From assembly GCA_001563915.1 (NCBI GenBank), contig LKMP01000014.1, forward strand, positions 1-25,003: a DNA stretch of 25,003 nucleotides, given 5' to 3'. The stretch comes from Nanohaloarchaea archaeon B1-Br10_U2g21 (GTDB lineage Archaea; Nanohalarchaeota; Nanosalinia; Nanosalinales; Nanosalinaceae). Positions 7,634-16,328 of this stretch are shown piece by piece; the stretch's first letter is position 1; the number at the start of each line of letters is the position of its first letter. The translations under genes were made by a program, and so were the position numbers. The notes beneath the pieces are model-generated. The model searched no databases. It worked only from the letters and a program-made list of their open reading frames with translations, and had not been told where the DNA came from.

Positions 7634-10600
7634 TTATGTGAACTGCTTTAAACCCGACTGCCTCTGATCCTTACCGAACAATCCTTGAAGCGATCGGTTG
7701 ATAATATGGACTTGTTGGCGCATGTATGGCGATATCTCATAATGTTCAACTATATCCTTACTCGGCTGCATATACTTCTTTATAGTGCCTTCAGATATCG
7801 TTAGTAATACTTTACCATCACATTCAGGACACTGAGCTGTTGTTTTGCCAGTAGGCGCAATAGTCTGATTTGTCATCGGAACACGCCTGAACTTTTCATT
7901 ACAATTAACACAGCGCATCTGCTGTTTCGAAAAACTCCTCAAATTACCTCTAATATCGGGCAAAAAGTGTTTCTGCAACAGAAGCTCTGCAGCATCATTC
8001 TCATCAGCAGCACGGATTTTCTCAGAAAGCCCAAGCTGAGCCTTAGTCTTCTCACTCATTTCATCCAAAGTAACGTACTCGCTCTGCTGAGGGCCATCAT
8101 TAATATCACTAGTCTCATGAGTATAACCATGCTTAAAGGCCTCATCACTATGCACCACATCTTCTCCAATCTCAATATCACAGTCTAAATTCCACGGCTG
8201 CTTGTACTCTTGCGTCTCATAGTAGAACTCTAAAGGATATTCCGAGACTGTTTCGATCGCCCAGGCCTCGTCATCTACTTCATCAGGATTCAATACTGTA
8301 GAGAGAATTAGTGGAGCGTCCATGGTATTATGGGCGAAGATTGGGTGAGGCCCACACAGGAAGTTCTGATTTCCGGGAACCTCTAAGTCGTAAACGTAGT
8401 CATTGCCGTAATCGATTTTCTCGATATCTTTTACTCTTTCTACTGATATATCTCCTTGAACGGGTTTCGAAAGGCTTGAGACGCCTTTTTCAAACAATTC
8501 CTCTACTTTCTCTTTTGAAGCTGTTTTCACCCTATTATTTGTCCTGTAATTTGCAAGCTCGCGCTTAATCTCTTCATTGCTATATCCTTCTTCTCTTAAC
8601 ACTGTCCTAATTTCGTCTAGCGTTTCCCATAAAGGCCAGTAAGGATCTTTATCACTCCATTCCGAGTAAAGTATTTCCCAGGTATCTCCGGCAAGCCTAG
8701 TAGAGGACTTAAAACCTAATTTCCTTACTAACAGCGTGAGCTGTGTTGCCATTTCTCCGCTTCTAGTGTATAGCTTGGAAAAACCTTTTTCTTCATAGAT
8801 CGAACCATCTCCTGCTCTGTAAGCATCAACGAAATGCCTAATTTGTTCTCTTTCAGCTCCAAAAACAAAGCTAGGGACGGATTTGCAATCAAATTTCTCT
8901 CTTTTTAGGCCTAACTGTTCTAAAGCCCTCATAAAAGTAGCAGGCACGCTGACAGAATAACACGTCTTTCTATCTTCTCTAACATCTTCTTTAACTTCGG
9001 GAGTTATCCCTGTTAACTCTTCTATACAGTCTATTACATCCTGAATTATCTGTTTATCTGTATTGTATATCTCTCCTCTATCGAGTGCGTCTTCAGAAAG
9101 CAAATAACCTAATAATCTGTATAACTGATTGCAATTATCGAATCGGCGATTAATCGGTTCAGAATTGGCTTTTAGTTTTACCTTACATGAAGGCACAACA
9201 CCAACGTCTTTATAGAACTTTAACGGCGCGCTTTTTCTCCAAGTCTTGTATCCATGGACGTTATGACTCCCATACTCTTCTTTAATTCCAGATGTTATGT
9301 TCTGCTCGATTTCAGGCCTTAACTCTTCTTTCTCGTGTTCCGGCACCTTGATATAGCACTCTTCATCATCTAAAACCTGGAACAGGTCTAACTTTTCTGG
9401 AAGACCTGCAGCTTCAAAATCAGGATTGCCGGGCACGATCACACATTCTCCTTCTTCTAAATCTCTTACAGGTTTAGCTTCTATGCGATCCCCTTTTGTT
9501 ACGAATACGCTGTGATCTCCTGTAACAGAGATTTGGCCTCTGCTTGTCTTAACTTCGAACACTTCTTTATCGTTCTCGTGCCTTATCAAAGCAGAAACAG
9601 GTTCAAAAGATACATTACCCTCATCATCGAAAGACACCGCTTCTATCTCATCTTTAAATTCTCTACAAACTTCAAAACCATCACTCCTAGTCTCGTAACC
9701 CTCATTCTCCAACACGTTATCCACTAGCTCATCAGCTCTCAGAACTCTAATTTCTCCATTCACACGAGCAACTATCCGCGTATCTTTAGTTACACTCCTA
9801 GCGCCTGTCATATCTGGGAGGAAGTCGCGTGAGAAGTTTAGTAGTCCGTCCATTAGCAGTAGTATTGCGTCTTCATCCCCATCACAATTCCTTCGTTTCG
9901 CTGCATGCCAATATGGATGCGCATAGATCCCTTTAGCATCTGTAAACCCGATTATGCGACCGACAGTTCCACCAGATGTGTGTGGCGCTAGACCTATTAC
10001 TAGTTGGCCGATAAGGTCTTCAGGGCTTTCAAGTTGGTAGAATGGTTCTAAGCCGTAGAATTTTTCGAGTAACTCGTCTATGAACTGAGCCACATTTGCA
10101 AAGTAATCAGATGCTGGAGTGCTCTTCTCAGATCTAGGGATTACAATATCTTGCGGCTTCAACGCAACTACTTGGTCTTCAGATTCTAAAGGTTCTCCGT
10201 TAACATCTTCAGTATATCCTAGTTCTTGAAGCTTTTCAACTGGAGCCTGAATTTCTTTAGGTTTAAAATGGCTTATAGGCAGATCGAGTGCATCATAACG
10301 GACTGTGGCGTCTTTGTTAACGTATAACCCATATTTTTGTCTTAAAAGGCCTTTTTCAATTGGTTCGACGTGTTTGTGTTTGGATGTCATTCCTCTAAAG
10401 GATTTTAAGAGTTCAGGCCTGTCTATTCCTAAGTTTTCCATGGCCTCGTCCATCATTGTTTTTACATCGATTTCGGCAGTTTTGTATCGGTTAAATCTTT
10501 CGTTACCGCATTTTTTGCATTCTGATGGCTTATTGTTGTCATGAGCTTTGCCACAGTCTGTGCAGAACCATACAGGATTAGCTGGTGCGTCGCATTCTCT

Positions 10601-12565
10601 GCAGAAAGCGTAATGAGTTATTTCTTCACATTCTGTACAGCGGTTGTGTATTATTTGCTCTCTTACTGTTCCTTGTTCATAGGACGCAGAAAGGTTTCTC
10701 ATACGCCCTCCTTCTTTTTTACCGCAAGGGAAGAGTAGTTGAGGCTTTCCTGTTAGACTGCGTTTTTCTGCTTTTTCTGGGCGACCCATTCTTGCACCTA
10801 TATAATGCGTTGATTGCCGGCCAGTTTCAAGGCCTGAAACTTTATGTACAAAGTCTATAATATCTTCTTGGCTTTGAATTTCGCTAACAGCATCTTTATA
10901 GTCATTTTTAAGATCAAAAAGTATCTCTAGCGCCTTATCCCATTGTTTATCTATTTCTAGTTTATTTGAGTGAGGTATGAGCAGGTCTTCGAGGCAGCTT
11001 TTTGCTTTGTCTTTATCGTGCTCTAGATCTTTGAGTCTTAGATACAAATGCTTGAATTCTTCTGGTTCTGTATCATTTAGTACAGGAGTCCATTTTGGAT
11101 GGAATTTTATGTCCAATGCTTCAGATATTTTCAGTGCTTCTTCAGGATTCGGTGCTCTTTCGGAGAAATCTCTTCCTAGCTCCATTTCTTTTTCTTTTAG
11201 TGCTTTTTCAAGTTCTTTTTCCCACCATTCTTCTACGTATGGTGATGGTAGGAGTTTCTTGCCGTTTTCAACGAACTCCCCGTATGTTACTAGCATATCT
11301 CCAAGGAACAGTATTTCCTCTATATCTTTCTCGAGTTCTTTTGCCTGTTCTCGTGTCTCGACTTTGACAACTTTCCCACTGTTTAAACGGACTACTGGCG
11401 GCTCAATACTGTCACAGGGCGTTCCAACTGTTGCTTTGCCAGGATACTCAACTTTGAGCTGTGTACCTACTGCTACAAACCTTTGCGTTATCTCCATTGT
11501 GGCAGGATGAAATGATACTGCGGCAAGTCCATTAGTTCTTGAGTGCCCATATCTTACTCTAAACCCTCCTTTTCTACCAGGGTGTGCTAGGATAGGTCTT
11601 CCTGCAGTTAAAGATCCTAAATATTTGTCACTGGGTGCGTATTTAGTTTCTTTTTCTTCTCCATCAGAATCATCTGAAGAGTGAATTTCTTTTTGTAAGT
11701 CTAAGTATTCTTCAACCCATTTCCAGTGTTCTAAGCCGAAATCAGCACCCCATTTTTCAATTCTCTTCTTTATTTTAGGTGCTTTCAAAGGCAGTCCATC
11801 AAGATATACAAGACACATACCTCCTCTAATTTTGTTCGTCTCTACACGATCAAGATCTTTATAGTTTGATACATCTAAATCTTCTGTAGGGCTACCTGTA
11901 ACTTCGACAGGTACATTATCCGCGATCATTTTGGTCTCTTCACGCGTCGGATTATACTGTTTAGCAGTCACCCTATTATAGTAATCTTCTACCTCGGTCG
12001 CATAGCGTTCTATAACTGTTTCAGATGGCTTAAACTCATCGAGGCCTACGCCTAATCTTACATAATCTGCTAGAAGTACGCTCATCGCGCTTGCCGTTCC
12101 TCCTGCGGATCTGATAGGACCTGAATAGTATACAGATAGATATTTAGAGCCATCATCATTTGTTCTGATTTTTACATCTCCTATACCTTCAAGAGGCGCT
12201 GTTGTAATACCTCCAGTCATGTAGCTGACTCCTACTCTTACTCCTGCGTCACAAGCTCTTTCCTTATTTTTAAAATCATGGAAATTTCCTTCAGCAATCT
12301 CTCGTGCTATAGAGAACGATACGCGTTCATCATTTTTTCCGAATTCATCTTCAAGCTCTCTTATTCGTTCAGCTACACCGCTGTCTTCAAGCTCCTGAAA
12401 CTTTGCTGCTATAACTAGTGATGAAGCCTTAGAAGCTAAGTCTGTTGCTACAGGAACATCTACACGTTGTTCAGGATCTTTGGATTGTTTCCTAGCCTTT
12501 CTTGCTACTTTATAGGCTTTTTCTGTTTCTTCAGATATGTTTTCAAAGTATTTTTCAGTATCCAT
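7634..12565 (-). CDS. polC: DNA polymerase D large subunit DP2 (intein-containing; about 1153 aa after splicing)
   Basis: Motifs APLEGI, YSGPIRSAGGTA, GGFRVRYG, IGARMGRPEKA, GLAPHTSGG, HAAKRRNCDGDED, MDAPL, HFLPDIRGNLRSF, and internal and C-terminal CxxC zinc clusters. Confidence 0.98.
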   Translation of the reverse strand: MDTEKYFENISEETEKAYKVARKARKQSKDPEQRVDVPVATDLASKASSLVIAAKFQELEDSGVAERIRELEDEFGKNDERVSFSIAREIAEGNFHDFKNKERACDAGVRVGVSYMTGGITTAPLEGIGDVKIRTNDDGSKYLSVYYSGPIRSAGGTASAMSVLLADYVRLGVGLDEFKPSETVIERYATEVEDYYNRVTAKQYNPTREETKMIADNVPVEVTGSPTEDLDVSNYKDLDRVETNKIRGGMCLVYLDGLPLKAPKIKKRIEKWGADFGLEHWKWVEEYLDLQKEIHSSDDSDGEEKETKYAPSDKYLGSLTAGRPILAHPGRKGGFRVRYGHSRTNGLAAVSFHPATMEITQRFVAVGTQLKVEYPGKATVGTPCDSIEPPVVRLNSGKVVKVETREQAKELEKDIEEILFLGDMLVTYGEFVENGKKLLPSPYVEEWWEKELEKALKEKEMELGRDFSERAPNPEEALKISEALDIKFHPKWTPVLNDTEPEEFKHLYLRLKDLEHDKDKAKSCLEDLLIPHSNKLEIDKQWDKALEILFDLKNDYKDAVSEIQSQEDIIDFVHKVSGLETGRQSTHYIGARMGRPEKAEKRSLTGKPQLLFPCGKKEGGRMRNLSASYEQGTVREQIIHNRCTECEEITHYAFCRECDAPANPVWFCTDCGKAHDNNKPSECKKCGNERFNRYKTAEIDVKTMMDEAMENLGIDRPELLKSFRGMTSKHKHVEPIEKGLLRQKYGLYVNKDATVRYDALDLPISHFKPKEIQAPVEKLQELGYTEDVNGEPLESEDQVVALKPQDIVIPRSEKSTPASDYFANVAQFIDELLEKFYGLEPFYQLESPEDLIGQLVIGLAPHTSGGTVGRIIGFTDAKGIYAHPYWHAAKRRNCDGDEDAILLLMDGLLNFSRDFLPDMTGARSVTKDTRIVARVNGEIRVLRADELVDNVLENEGYETRSDGFEVCREFKDEIEAVSFDDEGNVSFEPVSALIRHENDKEVFEVKTSRGQISVTGDHSVFVTKGDRIEAKPVRDLEEGECVIVPGNPDFEAAGLPEKLDLFQVLDDEECYIKVPEHEKEELRPEIEQNITSGIKEEYGSHNVHGYKTWRKSAPLKFYKDVGVVPSCKVKLKANSEPINRRFDNCNQLYRLLGYLLSEDALDRGEIYNTDKQIIQDVIDCIEELTGITPEVKEDVREDRKTCYSVSVPATFMRALEQLGLKREKFDCKSVPSFVFGAEREQIRHFVDAYRAGDGSIYEEKGFSKLYTRSGEMATQLTLLVRKLGFKSSTRLAGDTWEILYSEWSDKDPYWPLWETLDEIRTVLREEGYSNEEIKRELANYRTNNRVKTASKEKVEELFEKGVSSLSKPVQGDISVERVKDIEKIDYGNDYVYDLEVPGNQNFLCGPHPIFAHNTMDAPLILSTVLNPDEVDDEAWAIETVSEYPLEFYYETQEYKQPWNLDCDIEIGEDVVHSDEAFKHGYTHETSDINDGPQQSEYVTLDEMSEKTKAQLGLSEKIRAADENDAAELLLQKHFLPDIRGNLRSFSKQQMRCVNCNEKFRRVPMTNQTIAPTGKTTAQCPECDGKVLLTISEGTIKKYMQPSKDIVEHYEISPYMRQQVHIINRSLQGLFGKDQRQSGLKQFT
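8327..9796 (-). mobile_element. Intein with LAGLIDADG homing endonuclease domain in DP2 (490 aa, residues 924-1413)
   Basis: Block A SVTKDTRI, block B VTGDHSVF, block C LLGYLLSED, block E FVDAYRAGDGS, block F YVYDLEVPGNQNF and block G FAHN followed by Thr+1. Excision restores LPDMTGAR-TMDAPLIL. Confidence 0.95.
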
Positions 12566-12583
12566 AAAAATTTCCTCTTTTTT

Positions 12584-14233
12584 CTAAAACTGTTTTACCT
12601 CAGTTCTGCGGGTTTTGAAGTCAAGTAGTGTTACTTTACCCGGATCGGGTTCGTGTCCTACTCTTTTCTGGAAATCTGTCTGCGCCTGAAATGTTGAACT
12701 ACATATTACATTTACGCCCTTGTAGCTAGAGTTTGCATGACTGTGGAAGTGGCCTGCAACGAAAACATCAGGTTTTTCCTGTATAACTAATGGATCTACA
12801 CCATCAGGAGCTAGTAGATTAGAACCAAAAGTAGGCGCAAGATGACGCCTCTTTAAGAGATCTATCATTACGTGATGCGGATCATCATATGCCTTTTCAC
12901 GCAAGTCCTGTATCTGATCCACATGTCTATCAAAGCTGTATCCATGATACATAAGGTGCTTCAGACCCTTTGATTCAATAGCATGAAGTCTTACTGTTTG
13001 AGGATTCTGAACTAAATGGAAATTATTCATGTCTTTAATGTTAGGAAATACTTTCTCATCTAATCTTGGCTGGGGCTCCGCTAAACGAGTGATGTCGTGA
13101 TTTCCTGGACCTGCGATAACTTGTATGTCTTCAGGTATTTTTTCAAACCACGTCTCAAAAGCTTCATATTGTTTGTAAATATCTGCTATTTCTAACTCTT
13201 CTTGCTGTCCTGGATATATTCCTACTCCTTCTACTAAATCACCGGCAATCACTAGATATCCTATTTCTTGTGCTGCGTCTGTAGATAACCATTGCGCGAA
13301 ACGATCCATACGCTTATGTAGTGTGTCTTGCGATCCTATGTGGAGATCGGAAATATATGCAGCTTTTACTTGCTGTTCAGTACTTTTAGTACCTTGAGGA
13401 ATCGGAAGATCAGGTCTTACAATTGAATCTGCATAAATTATATCGCCTCCCATCGATCCTACGACACCTATCACCTCATCAGGGATTATTAGCTCGCCTT
13501 CTCGTTCGTCAACAAGCAGTTTGAATGTAGAAGTCTTATCTTCTATTTCTACAATCCATTTTCCTGATTTGGTAGAATATTTGTCATTAACAATTCCTAC
13601 TGTACAGGCTTCTTCTCCCTTGTTTCGTCTCTCAACTCTGTTAATAGTTGTTGCGGATTTCATCTCCATATGCCGCATTATAAGCCTCTTCATCTTATCG
13701 TATCGATCATTAAAGCATCCTAAAAATTCAGGGACGTTTTTCTCTTCTTTCAAAATATCTCTATCATCTATTAACTCTACTTTAGTCCTTTTTTCCTTCC
13801 TGTTCCCTGTATCCTTTATGCTGACCGTTTTGCTTTGATCAAAGTGAGAGCTCTTATTATCATACACCTCATTTTCAACATCATTATCTCCAGAATCTAT
13901 CTGTTCTGGCTCTTTATCTTCTATACTCTCTTTCACCGCTTTTTCTCCGCGAATACTTGCATCTGGCTTTCCACTATCCTGAGTTTCAGGTTCAATAGAA
14001 CTTGGCTCAGAGTTTTCCTGCACTTCAGGAGTTTTCATTACCTGTTTAGTACCATTACCTGTGTCTACCTCTACTTTCTGACGTATCTTAGATACCATCT
14101 CCTTCGAGATATACATCGGAGTAGTTTCTAGACTTGTAATATGCTCTACATCAGCAGCTCTTAGAATTTCAGCCGCATCTTTCTCCACCATACATCCTTT
14201 TTTTGTTAGTTGTTTGACTGCTTCTTCATTCAT
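12584..14233 (-). CDS. polB: DNA polymerase D small subunit DP1 (3'-5' exonuclease)
   Basis: OB-fold region followed by calcineurin-like phosphoesterase motifs SDLHIGS, AGDLVEGVGIYPGQ, PGNHD, YHG, RRHLAPT and GHFH. It lies between cdc6 and DP2. Confidence 0.96.
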   Translation of the reverse strand: MNEEAVKQLTKKGCMVEKDAAEILRAADVEHITSLETTPMYISKEMVSKIRQKVEVDTGNGTKQVMKTPEVQENSEPSSIEPETQDSGKPDASIRGEKAVKESIEDKEPEQIDSGDNDVENEVYDNKSSHFDQSKTVSIKDTGNRKEKRTKVELIDDRDILKEEKNVPEFLGCFNDRYDKMKRLIMRHMEMKSATTINRVERRNKGEEACTVGIVNDKYSTKSGKWIVEIEDKTSTFKLLVDEREGELIIPDEVIGVVGSMGGDIIYADSIVRPDLPIPQGTKSTEQQVKAAYISDLHIGSQDTLHKRMDRFAQWLSTDAAQEIGYLVIAGDLVEGVGIYPGQQEELEIADIYKQYEAFETWFEKIPEDIQVIAGPGNHDITRLAEPQPRLDEKVFPNIKDMNNFHLVQNPQTVRLHAIESKGLKHLMYHGYSFDRHVDQIQDLREKAYDDPHHVMIDLLKRRHLAPTFGSNLLAPDGVDPLVIQEKPDVFVAGHFHSHANSSYKGVNVICSSTFQAQTDFQKRVGHEPDPGKVTLLDFKTRRTEVKQF

Positions 14234-14287
14234 ACAGCTGTCTCTCAGCCCCCATTCCCCCTTTTCGTTTTCATTTTATCCCCTCTT

Positions 14288-15493
14288 CTAAATGTAGAAC
14301 TTTTCTTCTACCATCTGTTCTAAACGACCTCTAATGTTTTCAGATAAATCAACGCTTATCTGTCTCGTTCTGCCGTAGCGGCCTTTGCTTATCACTTTAG
14401 CATTTATCACTCCCAACATATCGAGTTCAGATATTAGACCTGAAACTCTTCTTTGAGTGAGTTCTGATACTTCTAACTCCTCACAAAGCTCTTTATATTC
14501 GCTGTAGACATCTCCAGTAGCTATATCTTCTTCCCCTGATGTCATCTCAAGTATAGTGTAAAGAACTAGTTTAGAATGCTTTGGCTGAGATCTTACTGTT
14601 TCAACAACCCTATCTCTTTCAATCTTGCTCTGAGCCATATCAACATGCCTTTTTTCAACTATATCAGACTCAGAGCGCTCAGAAAGCTCTCCTGCAACTC
14701 TCAAAAGATCTAAAGCTCTTCTAGCATCTCCGTGTTCTTGTGCAGCTAATGCAGAACATTTAGATATTACTCCATCCATCAACATGTTGTCTACAAAGGC
14801 CTTGTCAGTCCTCTCCTTCAAAATCTCCCTCAATTCTATTGCATTATAAGGCGGGAATATGATTTCTTCTTCAGAAAGACTAGACTTAACTCTTGAATCC
14901 ATATAATCAGTGAAGTTCAAATCGTTACTTATACCAAGAATAGATACTTTTGTGTGTTCTAAATCATCATTAATACGCGTAAGATTGTAAAGAAACTCAT
15001 CGCCCACTTTTTTCACAAGCGCATCAATTTCGTCTAATGCAATAACTACTACTCCTTTCTGATCTTGGAGAGCACTAAAGAAACGATTGTATATTTCATC
15101 AGTAGGAAGGCCTGTACTAGGAACATCTTCTCCTAGTTGTCTAGCAAGTTTTGCAAGAAGACGGTATTCTGTATCTGCTACTTTCTTCATTTTGCAGTTT
15201 ATGTATAGTATGTTTACGTCGATTTCTTTATCATCTGCAACCGATTTTAGCTCTTCTGTAACGTGTTTAACTATCAGAGTCTTACCGGTTCCCACGCTAC
15301 CGTACAGAAATACATTACTTGGATCATTGCCTTTTAGTGACGGCGCAAGAATTGATGCAAGCTCATTAATTTGTTGATCTCTATGAAGAATATTTTCAGG
15401 TTTCCAGTTTGTTGTAAGGGCATCTTTGTTCTTAAACACAGAATCCTTATCTACGTAACTAGAAAACTTGGCTTTCAGATTGCTCTGGCTCAA
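14288..15493 (-). CDS. cdc6: Orc1/Cdc6 replication initiator
   Basis: HRDQQI, Walker A GSVGTGKT, YINC, Walker B LDEID, RVKSSL, FPPYNA, GDARRALDLL and winged helix SKGRYGRTR. The TTG start is preceded by a strong SD (GGAGGGGTGA). Confidence 0.97.
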   Translation of the reverse strand: MSQSNLKAKFSSYVDKDSVFKNKDALTTNWKPENILHRDQQINELASILAPSLKGNDPSNVFLYGSVGTGKTLIVKHVTEELKSVADDKEIDVNILYINCKMKKVADTEYRLLAKLARQLGEDVPSTGLPTDEIYNRFFSALQDQKGVVVIALDEIDALVKKVGDEFLYNLTRINDDLEHTKVSILGISNDLNFTDYMDSRVKSSLSEEEIIFPPYNAIELREILKERTDKAFVDNMLMDGVISKCSALAAQEHGDARRALDLLRVAGELSERSESDIVEKRHVDMAQSKIERDRVVETVRSQPKHSKLVLYTILEMTSGEEDIATGDVYSEYKELCEELEVSELTQRRVSGLISELDMLGVINAKVISKGRYGRTRQISVDLSENIRGRLEQMVEEKFYI

Positions 15494-15560
15494 GATAGAG
15501 TCACCCCTCCTAAATCGTCTACAAAACTATGTGTGAATTTCATAACAACTCAACCCCGTA

Positions 15561-15581
15561 CAACTCTACGTGAAACCAAGG
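15561..15581 (+). promoter_or_regulatory. Degenerate ORB (mini-ORB) adjoining the probable cdc6 TATA box
   Basis: CAACTCTACGTGAAACCAAGG compared with ORB1 CAACTCCATTGGAAATCAGGG. TTATAAA on the minus strand sits at 15582-15588. Confidence 0.55.
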
Positions 15582-15619
15582 TTTATAATTGCTTCCATCC
15601 GAACCCGAGGTGGGTAGGA

Positions 15620-15648
15620 CCCCCACCCCCTGATTTCCAATGGAGTTG
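15620..15648 (-). promoter_or_regulatory. ORB element 1
   Basis: Minus strand reads CAACTCCATTGGAAATCAGGGGGTGGGGG, matching TCCA-N3-GAAA-N-G-string. Confidence 0.9.
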
Positions 15649-15680
15649 ATTATTTTACCCAAAGAAACAGATATAACAGT

Positions 15681-15726
15681 GTTATATTAATATATCATTG
15701 TTATATTATCATATCAGCGTTATATT
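15681..15726 (+). repeat. Three GTTATATT direct repeats at 19-bp period
   Basis: Copies start at 15681, 15700 and 15719. An inverted ATATAAC lies at 15671-15677. Confidence 0.75.
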
Positions 15727-15753
15727 CTGGTTTCTCGATCTCTAAATTTAATT

Positions 15754-15775
15754 CTCCACTAGAAATCAAGGGGTG
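15754..15775 (+). promoter_or_regulatory. ORB element 2
   Basis: CTCCACTAGAAATCAAGGGGTG. Confidence 0.9.
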
Positions 15776-16017
15776 AGTTAGATTCAGGTTCTGAAACGCT
15801 CAAGAAAATGCATTTCTACGTTTGGTATAAATATGTCTTCACCATTTGCTAACAAAACTACTACATTGTGCTAATTTAGATTGAAAAACAAACTAAATCA
15901 AAATCTATTAACATAATATATTGTTTTTCAAAATATATTATCTTTAAGTTTGTTATAATTTCTATAAAGCATAGAAAAAGCTCTAATAAGGTTTTAAGTA
16001 GCGTTCAACACCTCCAC

Positions 16018-16039
16018 CACCCCCTTATTTCATGTGGAG
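16018..16039 (-). promoter_or_regulatory. ORB element 3
   Basis: Minus strand reads CTCCACATGAAATAAGGGGGTG. It is inverted relative to ORB2, with the G-strings facing each other across about 240 bp of AT-rich DNA. Confidence 0.88.
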
Positions 16040-16092
16040 GCTGTGTGTTTAAGCCCAACTCTCTTGAGTGATAGTAGTTAAATTATTTGGTA

Positions 16093-16263
16093 ATGAAACC
16101 GACCCTAGTGAAAAAGAGAAAAACTGAAGTCGAAGCAGAATATGGCCCAACCGAAAACGAAAAAGCATTGGCTTCAGTAGTGGTAGGCACAGTTATGTTT
16201 TTCGCAGGTATTATACACGCAATCCTACGATCACTATTCAGGTTTATATCTGCTCTAGCATAA
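16093..16263 (+). CDS. Small (56 aa) single-pass membrane protein
   Basis: Absent from the ORF track. Manual translation MKPTLVKKRKTEVEAEYGPTENEKALASVVVGTVMFFAGIIHAILRSLFRFISALA* shows a charged N-terminus and a hydrophobic then amphipathic C-terminus. Confidence 0.6.
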   Translation: MKPTLVKKRKTEVEAEYGPTENEKALASVVVGTVMFFAGIIHAILRSLFRFISALA

Positions 16264-16328
16264 ACAAACCCTATTAATTTAATTTCAGGATCTATAGTTC
16301 CTCGATATTAATAATTTACAAATCAAAA

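Larger units (their letters stand above)
15561..16040. other. Chromosomal replication origin (oriC) with ORB elements and AT-rich unwinding regions
   Basis: Non-coding region directly upstream of cdc6, with three clear ORBs, 1-2 degenerate ORBs and two AT-rich blocks (15650-15753 and about 15870-16000). Confidence 0.9.

Noticed and set aside
14240..14287. G-rich cdc6-DP1 spacer (minus strand GAAAACGAAAAGGGGGAATGGGGG) resembling an ORB tail
   Set aside because: It lacks the TCCA half of the ORB dyad and could simply be purine-rich or SD-like sequence.
15371..15649. 92-aa ORF overlapping the cdc6 start and origin
   Set aside because: It is antisense to cdc6 and runs through ORB1; the poly-Pro comes from the G-string.
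16011..16040. CCTCCAC...GTGGAGG inverted repeat around ORB3
   Set aside because: It is only 7 bp and one arm is the ORB itself, which is insufficient support for a separate hairpin element.
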